Of a stretch of DNA of 21,720 bases, positions 1-10,922 are shown one piece after another. The DNA is from Neoechinorhynchus agilis (Eukaryota; Animalia; Acanthocephala), in the NCBI GenBank assembly GCA_051530055.1, contig JBMGUZ010000048.1, positions 1 through 21,720 on the forward strand. The letters are read 5' to 3'. The notes under the pieces were generated by a model that searched no databases, was not told the origin of the DNA, and was given only the letters and a program-made list of their open reading frames with translations. Position numbers and translations under genes: made by a program. The stretch's first letter is position 1, and each line of letters begins with the position of its first letter.

Positions 1-167
1 AATTATTCTCGAAAGTGAACTTATTCCTGTTTTGGTGCATTTTCTGCGAAAATTATTTGCTGCCGGCTGTGTTGAGCGATTAAAGAAAACGAATTTAGTC
101 TCCTACAAAATATTAGCGCAGCACAAAAACGTAAAAGTAGATTTTTCACGGAGATGAGAGTTCAAGA

Positions 168-238
168 GCATTGGTGGTTGAATGGTAGAATTCGTGATTG
201 CTACGCTAAAGACCCGGGTTCGGTATCCGTCCAATGCA
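168..238 (+). pseudogene. Degenerate tRNA-Gly(GCC)-derived sequence
   Basis: gcattggtggttgaatggtagaattc...gacccgggttcggtatccgtccaatgca aligns without gaps over 71 nt to the canonical metazoan tRNA-Gly-GCC (GCATTGGTGGTTCAGTGGTAGAATTC...GGCCCGGGTTCGATTCCCGGCCAATGCA, recalled from memory). The anticodon position reads GCT and the anticodon stem cannot pair. Confidence 0.8.
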
Positions 239-651
239 ACATTCGATCGATCTTAAATCTGTCGCCAGGAAACTTTACTTTTTCAATGGATTTTTTCGAC
301 TTTTAAACAACAAATGCGAAAAAATCTGGCCGCTTGGGCAATTATGAATCAGAACGAACAATGGACGCCAATATCTTACCTCTAATTTAATTTTCCTTCA
401 GAGATTTATATACTTTTTAGCATTGTGAATGCGTTTTTTAAATGAATGATTTGTAGTTTGTTTCCAATATTAAACTTTTCCCAGAGTTCTTGTGTTTTTT
501 AATAATACTTTTTTCGCATGAATCTAAACGCTGCGTACAATTTCCGAGTGGATACTAAAATAATTCGATATTTGAGAAATGCGCTTCGTTTTGATCGATT
601 TGTCTTTGAATTATTCTTTTGCTCGATTAGGTAGCAATGATGAGCGAAATA

Positions 652-657
652 TTTATT
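652..657 (-). terminator. Candidate AATAAA polyadenylation signal of FoxO-like copy A
   Basis: AATAAA on the minus strand ~80 nt after the stop codon, at the same position in all three copies. Confidence 0.5.
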
Positions 658-735
658 GTATGCTTAAAAGCCGAGTTTCGGTTTGTTTGAATGCGCTCTT
701 TTCGGTTGAGCATAACGATTGCCGTCCGATAACCT

Positions 736-3329
736 TTATCCAATTGGATTGAATTGATTGTTATTTTGTTGGTTAATGTTGTAGTTTTGGAGAGCGATCA
801 TCGCTTGCTCCTGCGAGATTAGAACTCCTGAGTTTAAGGCTTTTATTTCGCCGCATCTTTGACAAAGCGGCACAAGGAGAAACTGTGACATTTCGTGGGA
901 GTGATTCGGATCAACGCAAATATTGACGTGACAAACCATTTGACTAGCCTGATTGCTATTGTTGACTCGTTGATTGGTTTGAATACTTAATCCGTTTTGG
1001 AGAATCGCTGTATTGCCATATCTGAAATTTCCATCATTTCCTCCAATGTTAATGTTTTCGACGGGTGCGCTATTCTGCTGTGTTCCGAAATCAATGATCA
1101 GGTGGTTGTTCGCCAAGTCCAAATTTTTATTTGGAAAATATCCATTGGGTGCCATATTCCCAAAACCCAACTGTTCGTTTCGGTTTCCAATATTGGTACT
1201 GTTATTGTGGATTCCTTGGACTAAATTAGCTGCGTTCGCGTTTTCTACTCGATGGTTCTCCGCCAAGTTCAAATTTTGATTTGGAAAATATCCATTGGGC
1301 GCCATATTCCCAAAACCCAACTGTTCATTTCGGTTTCCAATATTGGTACTGTTATTATAGATTCCTTGGACTAAATAAGTTGCGTTCGAATTTTCTACTC
1401 GGGGGTTGTTCGCCAAGTTCAAATTTTGATTTGGAAAATATCCATTGGGTGCCATATTCCCAAAACCCAACTGTTCGTTTCGGTTTCCAACATTGGTACT
1501 GTTATTACAGATTCCTTGGACAAAATAGGCTGCGTTCGTGTTTTCTACTCGGTGGTTGTTCGCCAAGTTCAAATTTTGATTTGGAAAATATCCATTGGGC
1601 GCCATATTCCCAAAACCCAACTGTTCATTTCGATTTCCAATATTGGTACTGTTATTGTGGATTCCTTGGACTAAATTAGTTGCATTCGTATTTTCCACTC
1701 GGTGGTTGTTCGCCAAGTTCAAATTTTGATTTGGAAAATATCCATTGGGTGCCATATTCCCAAAACCCAACTGTTCATTTCCAATATTGGTACTGTTATT
1801 ATAGATTCCTTGGACTAAATTAGTTGCATTCGTATTTTCTACTCGGTGGTTGTTCGCCAAGTTCAAATTTTGATTTGGAAAATATCCATTGGGTGCCATA
1901 TCCCCAAAATCCAACTGTTCATTTCGATTTCCAATATTGGTACTGTTATTATAGATTCCTTGGACTAAATTAGCTGCGTTCGAATTTTCTACTCGGTGGT
2001 TGTTCGCGAAGTTCAAATTTTGATTTGGAAAATATCCATTGGGTGCCATATTCCCAAAACCCAACTGTTCGTTTCGGTTTCCAATATTGGTACTGTTATT
2101 GTAGATTCCTTGGACTAAATTAGTTGCATTCGTATTTTCTACTCGGTGGTTGTTCGCCAAGTTCAAATTTTGATTTGGAAAATATCCATTGGGTGCCATA
2201 TTCCCAAAACCCAACTGTTCGTTTCCAATATTGGTACTGTTATTGTGGATTCCTTGGACTAAATCAGCTGCGTTCGTATTTGCCACTCGGTGGTTGTTCG
2301 CCAAGTTCAAATTTTGATTTGGTAGATATCCATTGGGTGCCATATTCCCAAAACCCAACTGTTCATTTCGATTTCCAATATTGGTACTGTTATTATAGAT
2401 TCCTTGGACTAAATAAGTTGCATTCGTATTTTCCACTCGGTGGTTGTTCGCCAAGTCCAAATTTTGATTTGGAAAATATCCATTGGGTGCCATATTCGCA
2501 AAACCCAACTGTTCATTTCGATTTCCAATATTGGTACTGTTATTACAGATTCCTTGGACTAAATTAGCTGCGTTCGTATTTGCCACTCGGGGGTTGTTCG
2601 CCAAGTTCAAATTTTGATTTGGAAAATATCCATTGGGTGCCATATTCCCAAAACCCAACTGTTCGTTTCGATTTCCAATATTGGTACTGTTATTATAGAT
2701 TCCTTGGACAAAATAGGCTGCGTTCGTATTTTCCACCGTCCTGTTCATTTCATGGGGTGCTGCATGAACGAAATCTCTCGGTTCAAATGAGGACCGGGCC
2801 CGTTTGTTCCGATCATCGTTCATTGATCCAGGATTTGTACGTTTTCGGCCCGGTCTTTTGGGTTCTGGCTCCCTGTAATTCGGGTCAATGGTCCACCAAG
2901 ATCTTCTCGGATTATCGTCGTCCTCGATTTTAACGAATTTTTTGTTTATCGTAAGGCAATGTCGAATTGCGTTCTAAATACAATATCGGCGGCCATAAAA
3001 ATTTTAAGTTATGGGAAACTTACCTTCCAAGGCCTACTTTCGACGGGGCCCATTCGATAATTAAAATATAAATTGTTGTCCTCCAGCCATGAATAAATTT
3101 CACGTAGTTTCAGCCTCTTTTCGGGGCTGCTATAGATTGCTTTTGCGATCAAATCCGCGTAGGTGTACGGCCCCCACGCATTTATTCGTCGACCCTTTGC
3201 ACCAATAAGAATAATCGATTCTTCACTGGTTTCTGATGAATTTCCTTCGATCCGTTGATTTCTATTTCCTTGATACGATTCATCACCATCATCATGAGAA
3301 TGAGTAGAGCTTTTCCTGGAATCAGACAT
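736..3329 (-). CDS. foxO: Divergent FoxO-type forkhead transcription factor with 11 Asn-rich repeats, copy A; join(complement 3024-3329, 736-2973), 847 aa
   Basis: Exon 1 encodes RRINAWGPYTYADLIAKAIYSSPEKRLKLREIYSWL...YFNYRMGPVESRPWK. A GTAAGT...TATTTAG intron (2974-3023) follows. Exon 2 starts NAIRHCLTINKKFVKIEDDDNPRRSWWTIDP and runs in frame into ORF 736-2823. The 11-residue YF..WK spacing and the intron position are FoxO-typical. The symbol is family-level, not an orthology claim. Confidence 0.92.
1099..2736 (-). repeat. Coding tandem repeat, 11 units (nine of 150 nt, two of 144 nt)
   Basis: Unit ~VENTNATNLVQGIYNNSTNIGNRNEQLGFGNMAPNGYFPNQNLNLANNHR, counted from the translation. The two short units lack RN. 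Confidence 0.97.
2974..3023 (-). other. 50-nt phase-0 intron in forkhead domain, copy A
   Basis: GTAAGT donor and TATTTAG acceptor; removal restores the forkhead helix 3 sequence WK-NAIRH. Confidence 0.92.
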
Positions 3330-3488
3330 CTAAATTGGAAAAGTCAGATTAAAAATGAATTTAATTCATATTAATAAAGAAGGAATTCGACTTAAATGTT
3401 CTTCGAATTGATCGCTATAATCGACCGAAATCTTGGAGACGATTGAAAGATTCTATGTTCGAACTTTCTTGATTGAATGAGTGAATCG

Positions 3489-3496
3489 TATTTATA
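3489..3496 (-). promoter_or_regulatory. Candidate TATA box (TATAAATA), copy A
   Basis: Perfect TATAAATA ~165 nt upstream of the ATG, conserved in all three copies. Confidence 0.5.
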
Positions 3497-3836
3497 CTCC
3501 CCAATTCGAAAACATCAACTTTGTTTTTTTGATTGAACTTTGTACCTAAGCGAATTTGTTTTGGATGTCATCTCGTTTTGCTTTTCTATGATTTGTTGTT
3601 AAGAGCTTCGATTTTTAAAAATTAGATCACTGATATTCTTTATTGTATCTTATTTTTGGCATTTGGAGAGCATTGATGGCTTCTTTTCGGTATAATTCTA
3701 ATTTTATCATCTCTCAAATTAGTATTTTCCTAAACGGTCGACTTTGCTAAATTGAATGATCAATAAGTTATCATTAATTTTTGAGCCAGTTCTCATCAAC
3801 CTTCAAACTGGTAATCGCCTACCAACTTGTGGAATC

Positions 3837-5374
3837 TTTTTTTCTATTTTTTCTGGAGAATTTAATAATGAAATTAACTTTTATTACCAGAACCTGAATG
3901 TAACATACACGCTCACTTGAAGATATAAACATAATTATTCGCCGTCCTCGATTGTCGCCCGAATGCTCGCAATGTTGCCTCTCAACCCGGCGGTGCTGAT
4001 ATTTTATAACCAGGTTTTGACCTGACCTTGGATCGCCGGTCATAACCTGAAGGCGTCGCTTCACATCCTTCAGAAGTTGAGGAGCCTCGCAATCAAGAGA
4101 TCCGTAGGTACATTGGCTAAATCGAGGTATTTCGCCGTTTTCCGTCATTCCGCAGCGTTCGCTGCACCTCCAGCTTGAACCACCCAGAACTTTGGATTGC
4201 TGGTTGCGAGTGTATCGACACAGTGGCGTCCCAGAGGAGGCATTTACCCTCCTGCCATGGAACAGAGGTGGGCTGGTTCCAAAATATTGGGGTATTTGAG
4301 GCGTAACAAGTGCCCGGCTCAGCACCATGTTAATTTCAGAATGTCTTGCGAATCTACCGGCTGATTTTCAACAGATGAGACCATGGCATCCCGACGAATC
4401 CACATTTGCACCGCAGCGGCAACGGTGGGGGATGGCACATCGGTAGTCCCAGTCTCATTGAACTCCGGCCCGTTTTGCCTCGTGGGATAGTACCCTCGGA
4501 TGCCAGCGGGACCGTGGATTCTCTACTGGAGACTGCCAACAACCTGGCACGGGCAACGTCGTCGTTTGAGTCTGATAAGAGAGAGCTTTGAACACTTGCG
4601 GCGAGATGCCCACGCAGATTGTTTTTGGCGACCGGAGTTGGTCAGTGTACACCACTCACTGATTCCCTCTTCAAAATGCCTATCAAGACGATACGCATCT
4701 TTCAAAATGCGTTGAACTGCGCTTCCCCCATAGGAGCCTAAAGATGCGGGCAGGAATATGTCTGCTGTTTTCCGGATACCCAGCCCGCCAGAAGATACAG
4801 GCAAAGAAGCTTGTCGCCATGCCTCTTCTGACAGCTGGACATTTAAAACTTGCTCGAGACAGTCCTTCAATCTGTTATCTAGATTGCCACGCTGAACCTT
4901 GTGCTTGAAAAACGGCGAGGAACTTCAAGATGAAGAGGGTATCCTTTATCAAGGACAGAACCTCGTGTGATCCAAGCTCACAGACCTTATCGCAAAGCAC
5001 CGATAATTTCTTTAGAAGGCTGTTAATTTCGTTTTCTACATTCCCATCAAATGCGCAACTGCCCAAAAGCTTAAGCCGGTCTAAATCGACCATTTCTATC
5101 CCGACTTTCAAAGTCACGCATTATTACGCCTTTTGCAGGGTCCTTCTCTATATTACAGAATAGAATTTCGCATTTTTCTGTGTTCAATTCAAAATGCCCA
5201 GCTTCCTTGCCTCTATCAAGAACTACCTGGGGATCGCCTCCCAGCGCAGCATCGTCCACATAAAAGGCGTTGAATTCCGCATCAAGATAATGCGCAAATT
5301 CGTTCACTGTGAGCGCGAAACCAATGAGTATTTCTGTTGAACGCCGCTTTCGGATGGAATGATTTGATCGTTTA
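3837..5374 (-). mobile_element. Decayed 5'-truncated CRE-like non-LTR retrotransposon (RT + RLE remnant), copy A
   Basis: Mirror image of 10923-12459, with the same motifs and essentially the same stops and frameshifts. Confidence 0.85.
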
Positions 5375-6696
5375 CAAGAGAAGTTGCAGCTCCGTACGAA
5401 TTGAGTCCAGATGACAATAAGATTTAATTGTTATTTCTAAACCTGAAACAAACGTTTTTTGAGCAATGCTCTTAGTGTGAATAATTCATTCTTTTTTGAA
5501 AAGGTCCTAAGCGTTTAAGAGATTTTAAAATAAGTATCTTACGCCTCATGGAAACCTTGATAAACGCGTACAAGATTATGCCGAAATATCGGATTTTAAA
5601 ATAAAATTATTTTAATTTCTTCGCCAGAGACTACAAATAACGAGTGCGGAGTATCGGAGGTTAGGGAACGAGTTAAAACGACTAAAAATACCTCTGAAGG
5701 ATCTGTTTCGAAAAATAGACCCTTAAAACCGTCTGATGAAATCGAATTTAGTACCGAAGATCTCTTTTTTGTCGGACTAAAAGTATTATCGATAAAATAT
5801 ACGCCGTCGCCAACGATGCAGTGAATACGATAATATTTTATTGCAATGATTTGAAGAGAAATTTCAAGAAATGATGATCGAAACAATAATTTGGATGCAA
5901 TTTTTGAAAGCATTCAAAGGAAATCCGGATAACAAAATCGAACGAAGGAAGCGATAAATAATTTAAGAAGATCGAGGAGAAAACGAGCTGTTGTCATTAT
6001 GAGCAGCAATAGCCCTAAAATGTTAACATTGGAAGCAACAAATCAAAGAAAGGCATTGAATAAAACAGAAACGCAAAATGGCCTCTTAGAAAGATCATTT
6101 GATTTTTATTCCTTTAGCAAAAGCTAATGAGGAATCTTTGGTTGATGTTAGTGAGTTTTGATCGGCCTTCGCAACTTAATGACGATAAGACAAACCTAAA
6201 GTCCCAGGCTGAGAATTTCTGTTAGAAACATCACCAATGCCACTGGATTTTCTCGGCAATACAATCTTTCAGCTGTACCGATCACCGCATCTCCAAGACC
6301 TTTGTCCAGAGGTAAAACATTTTGGCTTACAAATACAAAAACAATAGAAAAATTAGTTGTGTTTTCATTAAAGGGAGTCAAATTAAACGGTTTTTGTTAC
6401 TCTGAAGTGTATTAGAGGCGTCAAGCGAGCAAACGGAACATTGATGAGCTTTTGATAAAGGAATTAACAATAACCGACCACTATAAAGGCGGTTCGGATT
6501 GATTCTTAGGTCTAAAACGATCCTCCAAGTAGCCTTAAGAGAAATTATTGACATTATTTTCCGAACGCCATGAAAGTGTAAAAGGATTCGGCAAGTAGCA
6601 AACTTGTACTTCGTGGACTCTTTTGTTGTTGTTTTTATTGCTCAATGAAATTGATTTCCACACACGACCACATCAAATTCGGATACACCCATATCG

Positions 6697-7656
6697 CTAA
6701 GACTCTTCATCCGGAATAACACTTTCGATTCTTAGTTTAACGTCTTTTGAAAGACTGGTTGGAAAATCAATTTGGAACTTAACTATGAGGTCTCCTCTCG
6801 AGTTTGGTGCTGTCGAACGGGGCATCCCGTCACCCTTTAGGATTTTGACAGTATTGGGACTAATGATTTCGTCTTCACTTATCGGGATACGTCTTTTCTT
6901 TGAGTCGATAGTAGAAACGACCACTTCGTTCAAGCATAGCGCCTGTAAGAGTGACAAACGAACACTATGAACCAAATCATCTCCAATCCTACTGAATGCT
7001 GGATCAGGTTCCTCGACTACAACGAACACCATATCCAACGGATCACCATACGAACTAATTAAATCACCTTCGCCAACGAATCTGATCTTCGTCCCAGCGC
7101 ACCAACCAGGTTTGATGTTTATGATGAAAATTTTAGGTTCAATCATAAAGGATCTTGATGATCGATCGTACACTTTCCTCTGAGCTACAATTCTCTTCGT
7201 GCCACCTTTTAAAAGTTCCTTTAAACTCAATTTCAATTCATGATACAAAGGTTCTTTTTGCCGAACCGTCTCTTGATCGGCTTTTGGATCACAATCTGTA
7301 TGCTGTGACCTTAGCCATTCAGTAATACGCTCAATTCCACAAAATCTCGACTCACTACTATCGCTAAAAAGGCTCAAATCGGCATCTAGTTTGTCAAAGA
7401 AACGCCTAAACGTCTTTCTTGGACTTACAATTGAATTGTAGCTGTAATTTCGTTCTCGATCATATGCCGATCGACGCGTTGGATCAATCAGAACTTCGTA
7501 GGCTTCAGCAAGCTGCTTGAACCTTTCTTCGGCATCGCCAGAATTACACTTGTCCGGATGATACTTCAGAGCCAAAGTTCGATATGCTCGTCTAATCTCG
7601 GCGTCCGTCGAATCAGACGATATCCCCAATATTTGGTAGTATCGCTTCCTAGTCAT
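6697..7656 (-). CDS. Class B DnaJ/Hsp40 co-chaperone (DNAJB1/4/5/13-like), intronless, 319 aa
   Basis: N-terminal J domain YYQILGISSDSTDAEIRRAYRTLALKYHPDK with intact HPD. No CxxCxGxG zinc finger. DnaJ C-terminal motifs present: LSLKELLKGGTK, IKPGWCAGTKIRFVGEGD, GDGMP...RGDLIVKFQIDFP. True ATG start. Confidence 0.93.
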   Translation of the reverse strand: MTRKRYYQILGISSDSTDAEIRRAYRTLALKYHPDKCNSGDAEERFKQLAEAYEVLIDPTRRSAYDRERNYSYNSIVSPRKTFRRFFDKLDADLSLFSDSSESRFCGIERITEWLRSQHTDCDPKADQETVRQKEPLYHELKLSLKELLKGGTKRIVAQRKVYDRSSRSFMIEPKIFIINIKPGWCAGTKIRFVGEGDLISSYGDPLDMVFVVVEEPDPAFSRIGDDLVHSVRLSLLQALCLNEVVVSTIDSKKRRIPISEDEIISPNTVKILKGDGMPRSTAPNSRGDLIVKFQIDFPTSLSKDVKLRIESVIPDEES

Positions 7657-7835
7657 TCAGTACGCGACGTTTTCAGGCTTCCGCAGCGTACGTCTCCGGC
7701 TTGATAGTATCGTCAGTGGGCAGGGGCGAGTTTGATGATGTGATATTAAAATCAGATTGACGTTGAATTGCGATTGAACGGTTCAATGTAAGAATGGCGT
7801 TAAAAAATCAATCGAAGAATGCCCTTTTTTGTGAG

Positions 7836-7843
7836 GTAAACAA
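7836..7843. promoter_or_regulatory. GTAAACAA (FoxO/DAF-16 binding element consensus) 180 nt upstream of the DnaJ ATG
   Basis: Exact match to the reverse complement of TTGTTTAC. It is a single site, so a chance occurrence is possible. Confidence 0.3.
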
Positions 7844-7915
7844 AAAGGTTTTTGTCCATGCAAACGTCTATGGAAACTGAGGACGAATGTATGCGTTTTA
7901 GGCTAGGATTTAGAA

Positions 7916-10766
7916 CTCGAGATACTCAAACAAAAATAAAATTTTATACGTTTTTGAGTATTTTTGAAGCGATCATCCAGTACACAGCTGATTTCCCGAA
8001 TTAATCGGTGAAGGACTAATTGAACTCGGGAGTTTTTTGACTGTGATTTTAAAAAGAAGACGGAATCTATATTTTAGACAAAACCTACGGATCCCATGTG
8101 CTCGAGATACTATAACAAAAATAAGATTTTATACGTTTTTGTGTATTTTTGAAGCGATCATCCAGTACACAGCTGATTTCCCGAATTAATCGGTGAAGGA
8201 CTAATTGAACTCGGGAGTTTTTTGACTGTGATTTTAAAAAGAAGACGGAATCTATATTTTAGACAAAACCTACGGATTCCTATTGCTCGAGATACTCAAA
8301 CAAAAATAAGATTTTATACGTTTTTGAGTATTTTTGAAGCGATCATCCAGTACACAGCTGATTTCCCGAATCAATCGGTGAAGGACTAATTGAACTCGGG
8401 AGTTTTTTTACTGTGATTTTAAAAAGAAGACGGAATCTATATTTTAGACAAAACCTACGGATCCCATGTGCTCGAGATACTGAAACAAAAATAAGATTTT
8501 ATACGTTTTTGAGTATTTTTGAAGGGATCATCCAGTACACAGCTGATTTCCCGAATTAATCGGTGAAGGACTAATTGAACTCGGGAGTTTTTTTGACTGT
8601 GATTTTAAAAAGAAGACGGAATCTATATTTTAGACAACACATTCTGATTCCTATTGCTCGAGATACTCAAACAAAAATAAGATTTTATACGTTTTTGAGT
8701 ATTTTTGAAGTGATCATCCAGTACACAGCTGATTTCCCGAATCAATCGGTGAAGGACTAATTGAACTCGGGAGTTTTTTTACTGTGATTTTAAAAAGAAG
8801 ACGGAATCTATATTTTAGACAAAACCTACGGATTCCATTGCTCGAGATACTGAAACAAAAATAAGATTTTATACGTTTTTGAGTGTTTTGATCATCCAGT
8901 ACACAGCTGATTTCCCGAATTAATCGGTGAAGGACTAATTGAACTCGGGAGTTTTTTTGACTGTGATTTTAAAAAGAAGACGGAATCTATATTTTAGACA
9001 ACACATTCTGATTCCTATTGCTCGAGATACTGAAACAAAAATAAGATTTTATACGTTTTTGAGTATTTTTGAAGCGATCATCCAGTACACAGCTGATTTC
9101 CCGAATCAATCGGTGAAGGACTAATTGAACTCGGGAGTTTTTTTGACTGTGATTTTAAAAAGAAGACGGAATCTATATTCTAGAAAAAACCTACGGATCC
9201 CATGTGCTCGAGATACTGAAACAAAAATAAGATTTTATACGTTTTTGAGTATTTTTGAAAGGATTATCCAGTACACAGCTGATTTCCCGAATTAATCGGT
9301 GAAGGACTAATTGAACTCGGGAGTTTTTTTGACTGTGATTTTAAAAAGAAGACGGAATCTATATTTTAGAAAAAACCTACGGATTCCATGTGCTCGAGAT
9401 ACTGAAACAAAAATAAGATTTTATACGTTTTTGAGTATTTTTGAAAGGATTATCCAGTACACAGCTGATTTCCCGAATTAATCGGTGAAGGACTAATTGA
9501 ACTCGGGAGTTTTTTTGACTGTGATTTTAAAAAGAAGACGGAATCTATATTTTAGACAACACATTCTGATTCCTATTGCTCGAGATACTCAAACAAAAAT
9601 AAGATTTTATACGTTTTTGAGTATTTTTGAAGCGATCATCCAGTACACAGCTGATTTCCCGAATTAATCGGTGAAGGACTAATTGAACTCGGGAGTTTTT
9701 TACTGTGATTTTAAAAAGAAGACGGAATCTATATTTTAGACAAAACCTACGGATTCCATTGCTCGAGATACTCAAACAAAAATAAGATTTTATACGTTTT
9801 TGAGTGTTCTTGAAGTGATCATCCAGTACACAGCTGATTTCCCGAATCAATCGGTGAAGGACTAATTGAACTCGGGAGTTTTTTTGACTGTGATTTTAAA
9901 AAGAAGACGGAATCTATATTTTAGACAAAACCTACGGATTCCTATTGCTCGAGATACTCAAACAAAAATAAGATTTTATACGTTTTTGAGTGTTCTTGAA
10001 GTGATCATCCAGTACACAGCTGATTTCCCGAATCAATCGGTGAAGGACTAATTGAACTCGGGAGTTTTTTTGACTGTGATTTTAAAAAGAAGACGGAATC
10101 TATATTTTAGACAAAACCTACGGATTCCTATTGCTCGAGATACTGAAACAAAAATAAGATTTTATACGTTTTTGAGTATTTTTGAAGCGATCATCCAGTA
10201 CACAGCTGATTTCCCGAATTAATCGGTGAAGGACTAATTGATCTCGGGAGTTTTTTTGACTGTGATTTTTAAAAGAAGACGGAATCTATATTTTAGACAA
10301 AACCTACGGATTCCATGTTTTCGAGATACTAAAACAAAAATAAGATTTTATACGTTTTTGTGTATTTTTGAAGCGATCATTCAGTACACAGCTGATTTCC
10401 CGAATTAATCGGTGAAGGACAAATTGAACTCGGGAGTTTTTTTGACTGTGATAAAAAAAGACGAAATCTATATTTGATACAAAACCTACGGATTCCATGT
10501 GCTCGAGATACTCAAACAAAAATAAAATTTTATACGTTTTTGAGTATTTTTTAAGTGATCATCCAGTACACGGCGGATTTCCCGAATTAATCGGTGAAGG
10601 ACTAATTGAACTCGGGAGTTTTTTCGACTGTGATTTTAAAAAGAAGACGGAATCAATATTCTAGAAAAAACCTACGGATCCCATGTGCTCGAGATACTGA
10701 AACAAAAATAAGATTTTATACGTTTTTGAGTATTTTTGAAAGGATTATCCAGTACACGGCGGATTT
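7916..10766. repeat. Tandem satellite array, ~15.4 monomers of ~185-186 bp
   Basis: The anchor ttgaactcggg (one copy reads ttgatctcggg) recurs at 8020, 8205, 8390, 8575, 8761, 8939, 9125, 9311, 9497, 9683, 9866, 10052, 10238, 10424 and 10606. Most monomers contain ctcgag and cagctg. There are no unique spacers. Confidence 0.97.
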
Positions 10767-10870
10767 TCCTTTGCTATTTATGAAGATACAGTAAAATATG
10801 TGATAAAGATGGGGCTTTTAAGATGAGCTTTAAAAAATCAGAATGCCAATGATGGTTCACGTCCGCACGT

Positions 10871-10907
10871 CTTCCACGAAATGTCACAGTTTCTCCTTGC
10901 GCCGTTT
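10871..10907 (+). other. Isolated 37-nt fragment of the FoxO-like 3' coding region
   Basis: cttccacgaaatgtcacagtttctccttgcgccgttt matches 14807-14843 at 35/37 positions. Confidence 0.85.
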
Positions 10908-10922
10908 AATATTAGAAACTAT

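Larger units (their letters stand above)
1..5374. repeat. Left arm of large inverted repeat (partner 10923-15707)
   Basis: Base 1 onward is the reverse complement of sequence ending at 15707 (aattattctcgaaagtgaac vs gttcactttcgagaataatt). The match ends inward at 5374/10923. Mirrored ORFs have identical or near-identical translations. The 589-nt length difference is almost all due to 4 extra coding repeat units (588 nt). Confidence 0.97.

Noticed and set aside
168-238. Functional tRNA-Ser(GCT)
   Set aside because: The body is tRNA-Gly-like, lacks the long variable arm of tRNA-Ser, and has an unpaired anticodon stem.
997-2933. Plus-strand ORFs over copy A, and the equivalent minus-strand ORFs over copies B and C (MENIHWVPYSQ..., MIWKISIG...)
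   Set aside because: Antisense shadows of the coding tandem repeat; they are fragmented and recur at the repeat period.
7993-8035. Imperfect hairpin and Pol III B-box-like motif in the satellite monomer (tcccga...tcggga)
   Set aside because: The stem is short with a bulge and a mismatch, and the B-box consensus is not met; this is within chance expectation.
7916-10766. CRISPR array, or repeated small genes (61-aa MNSGVFLTV... ORFs)
   Set aside because: Monomers are contiguous with no unique spacers and there are no cas genes in this eukaryotic context. The plus-strand ORFs start at TTG and arise from the satellite periodicity.
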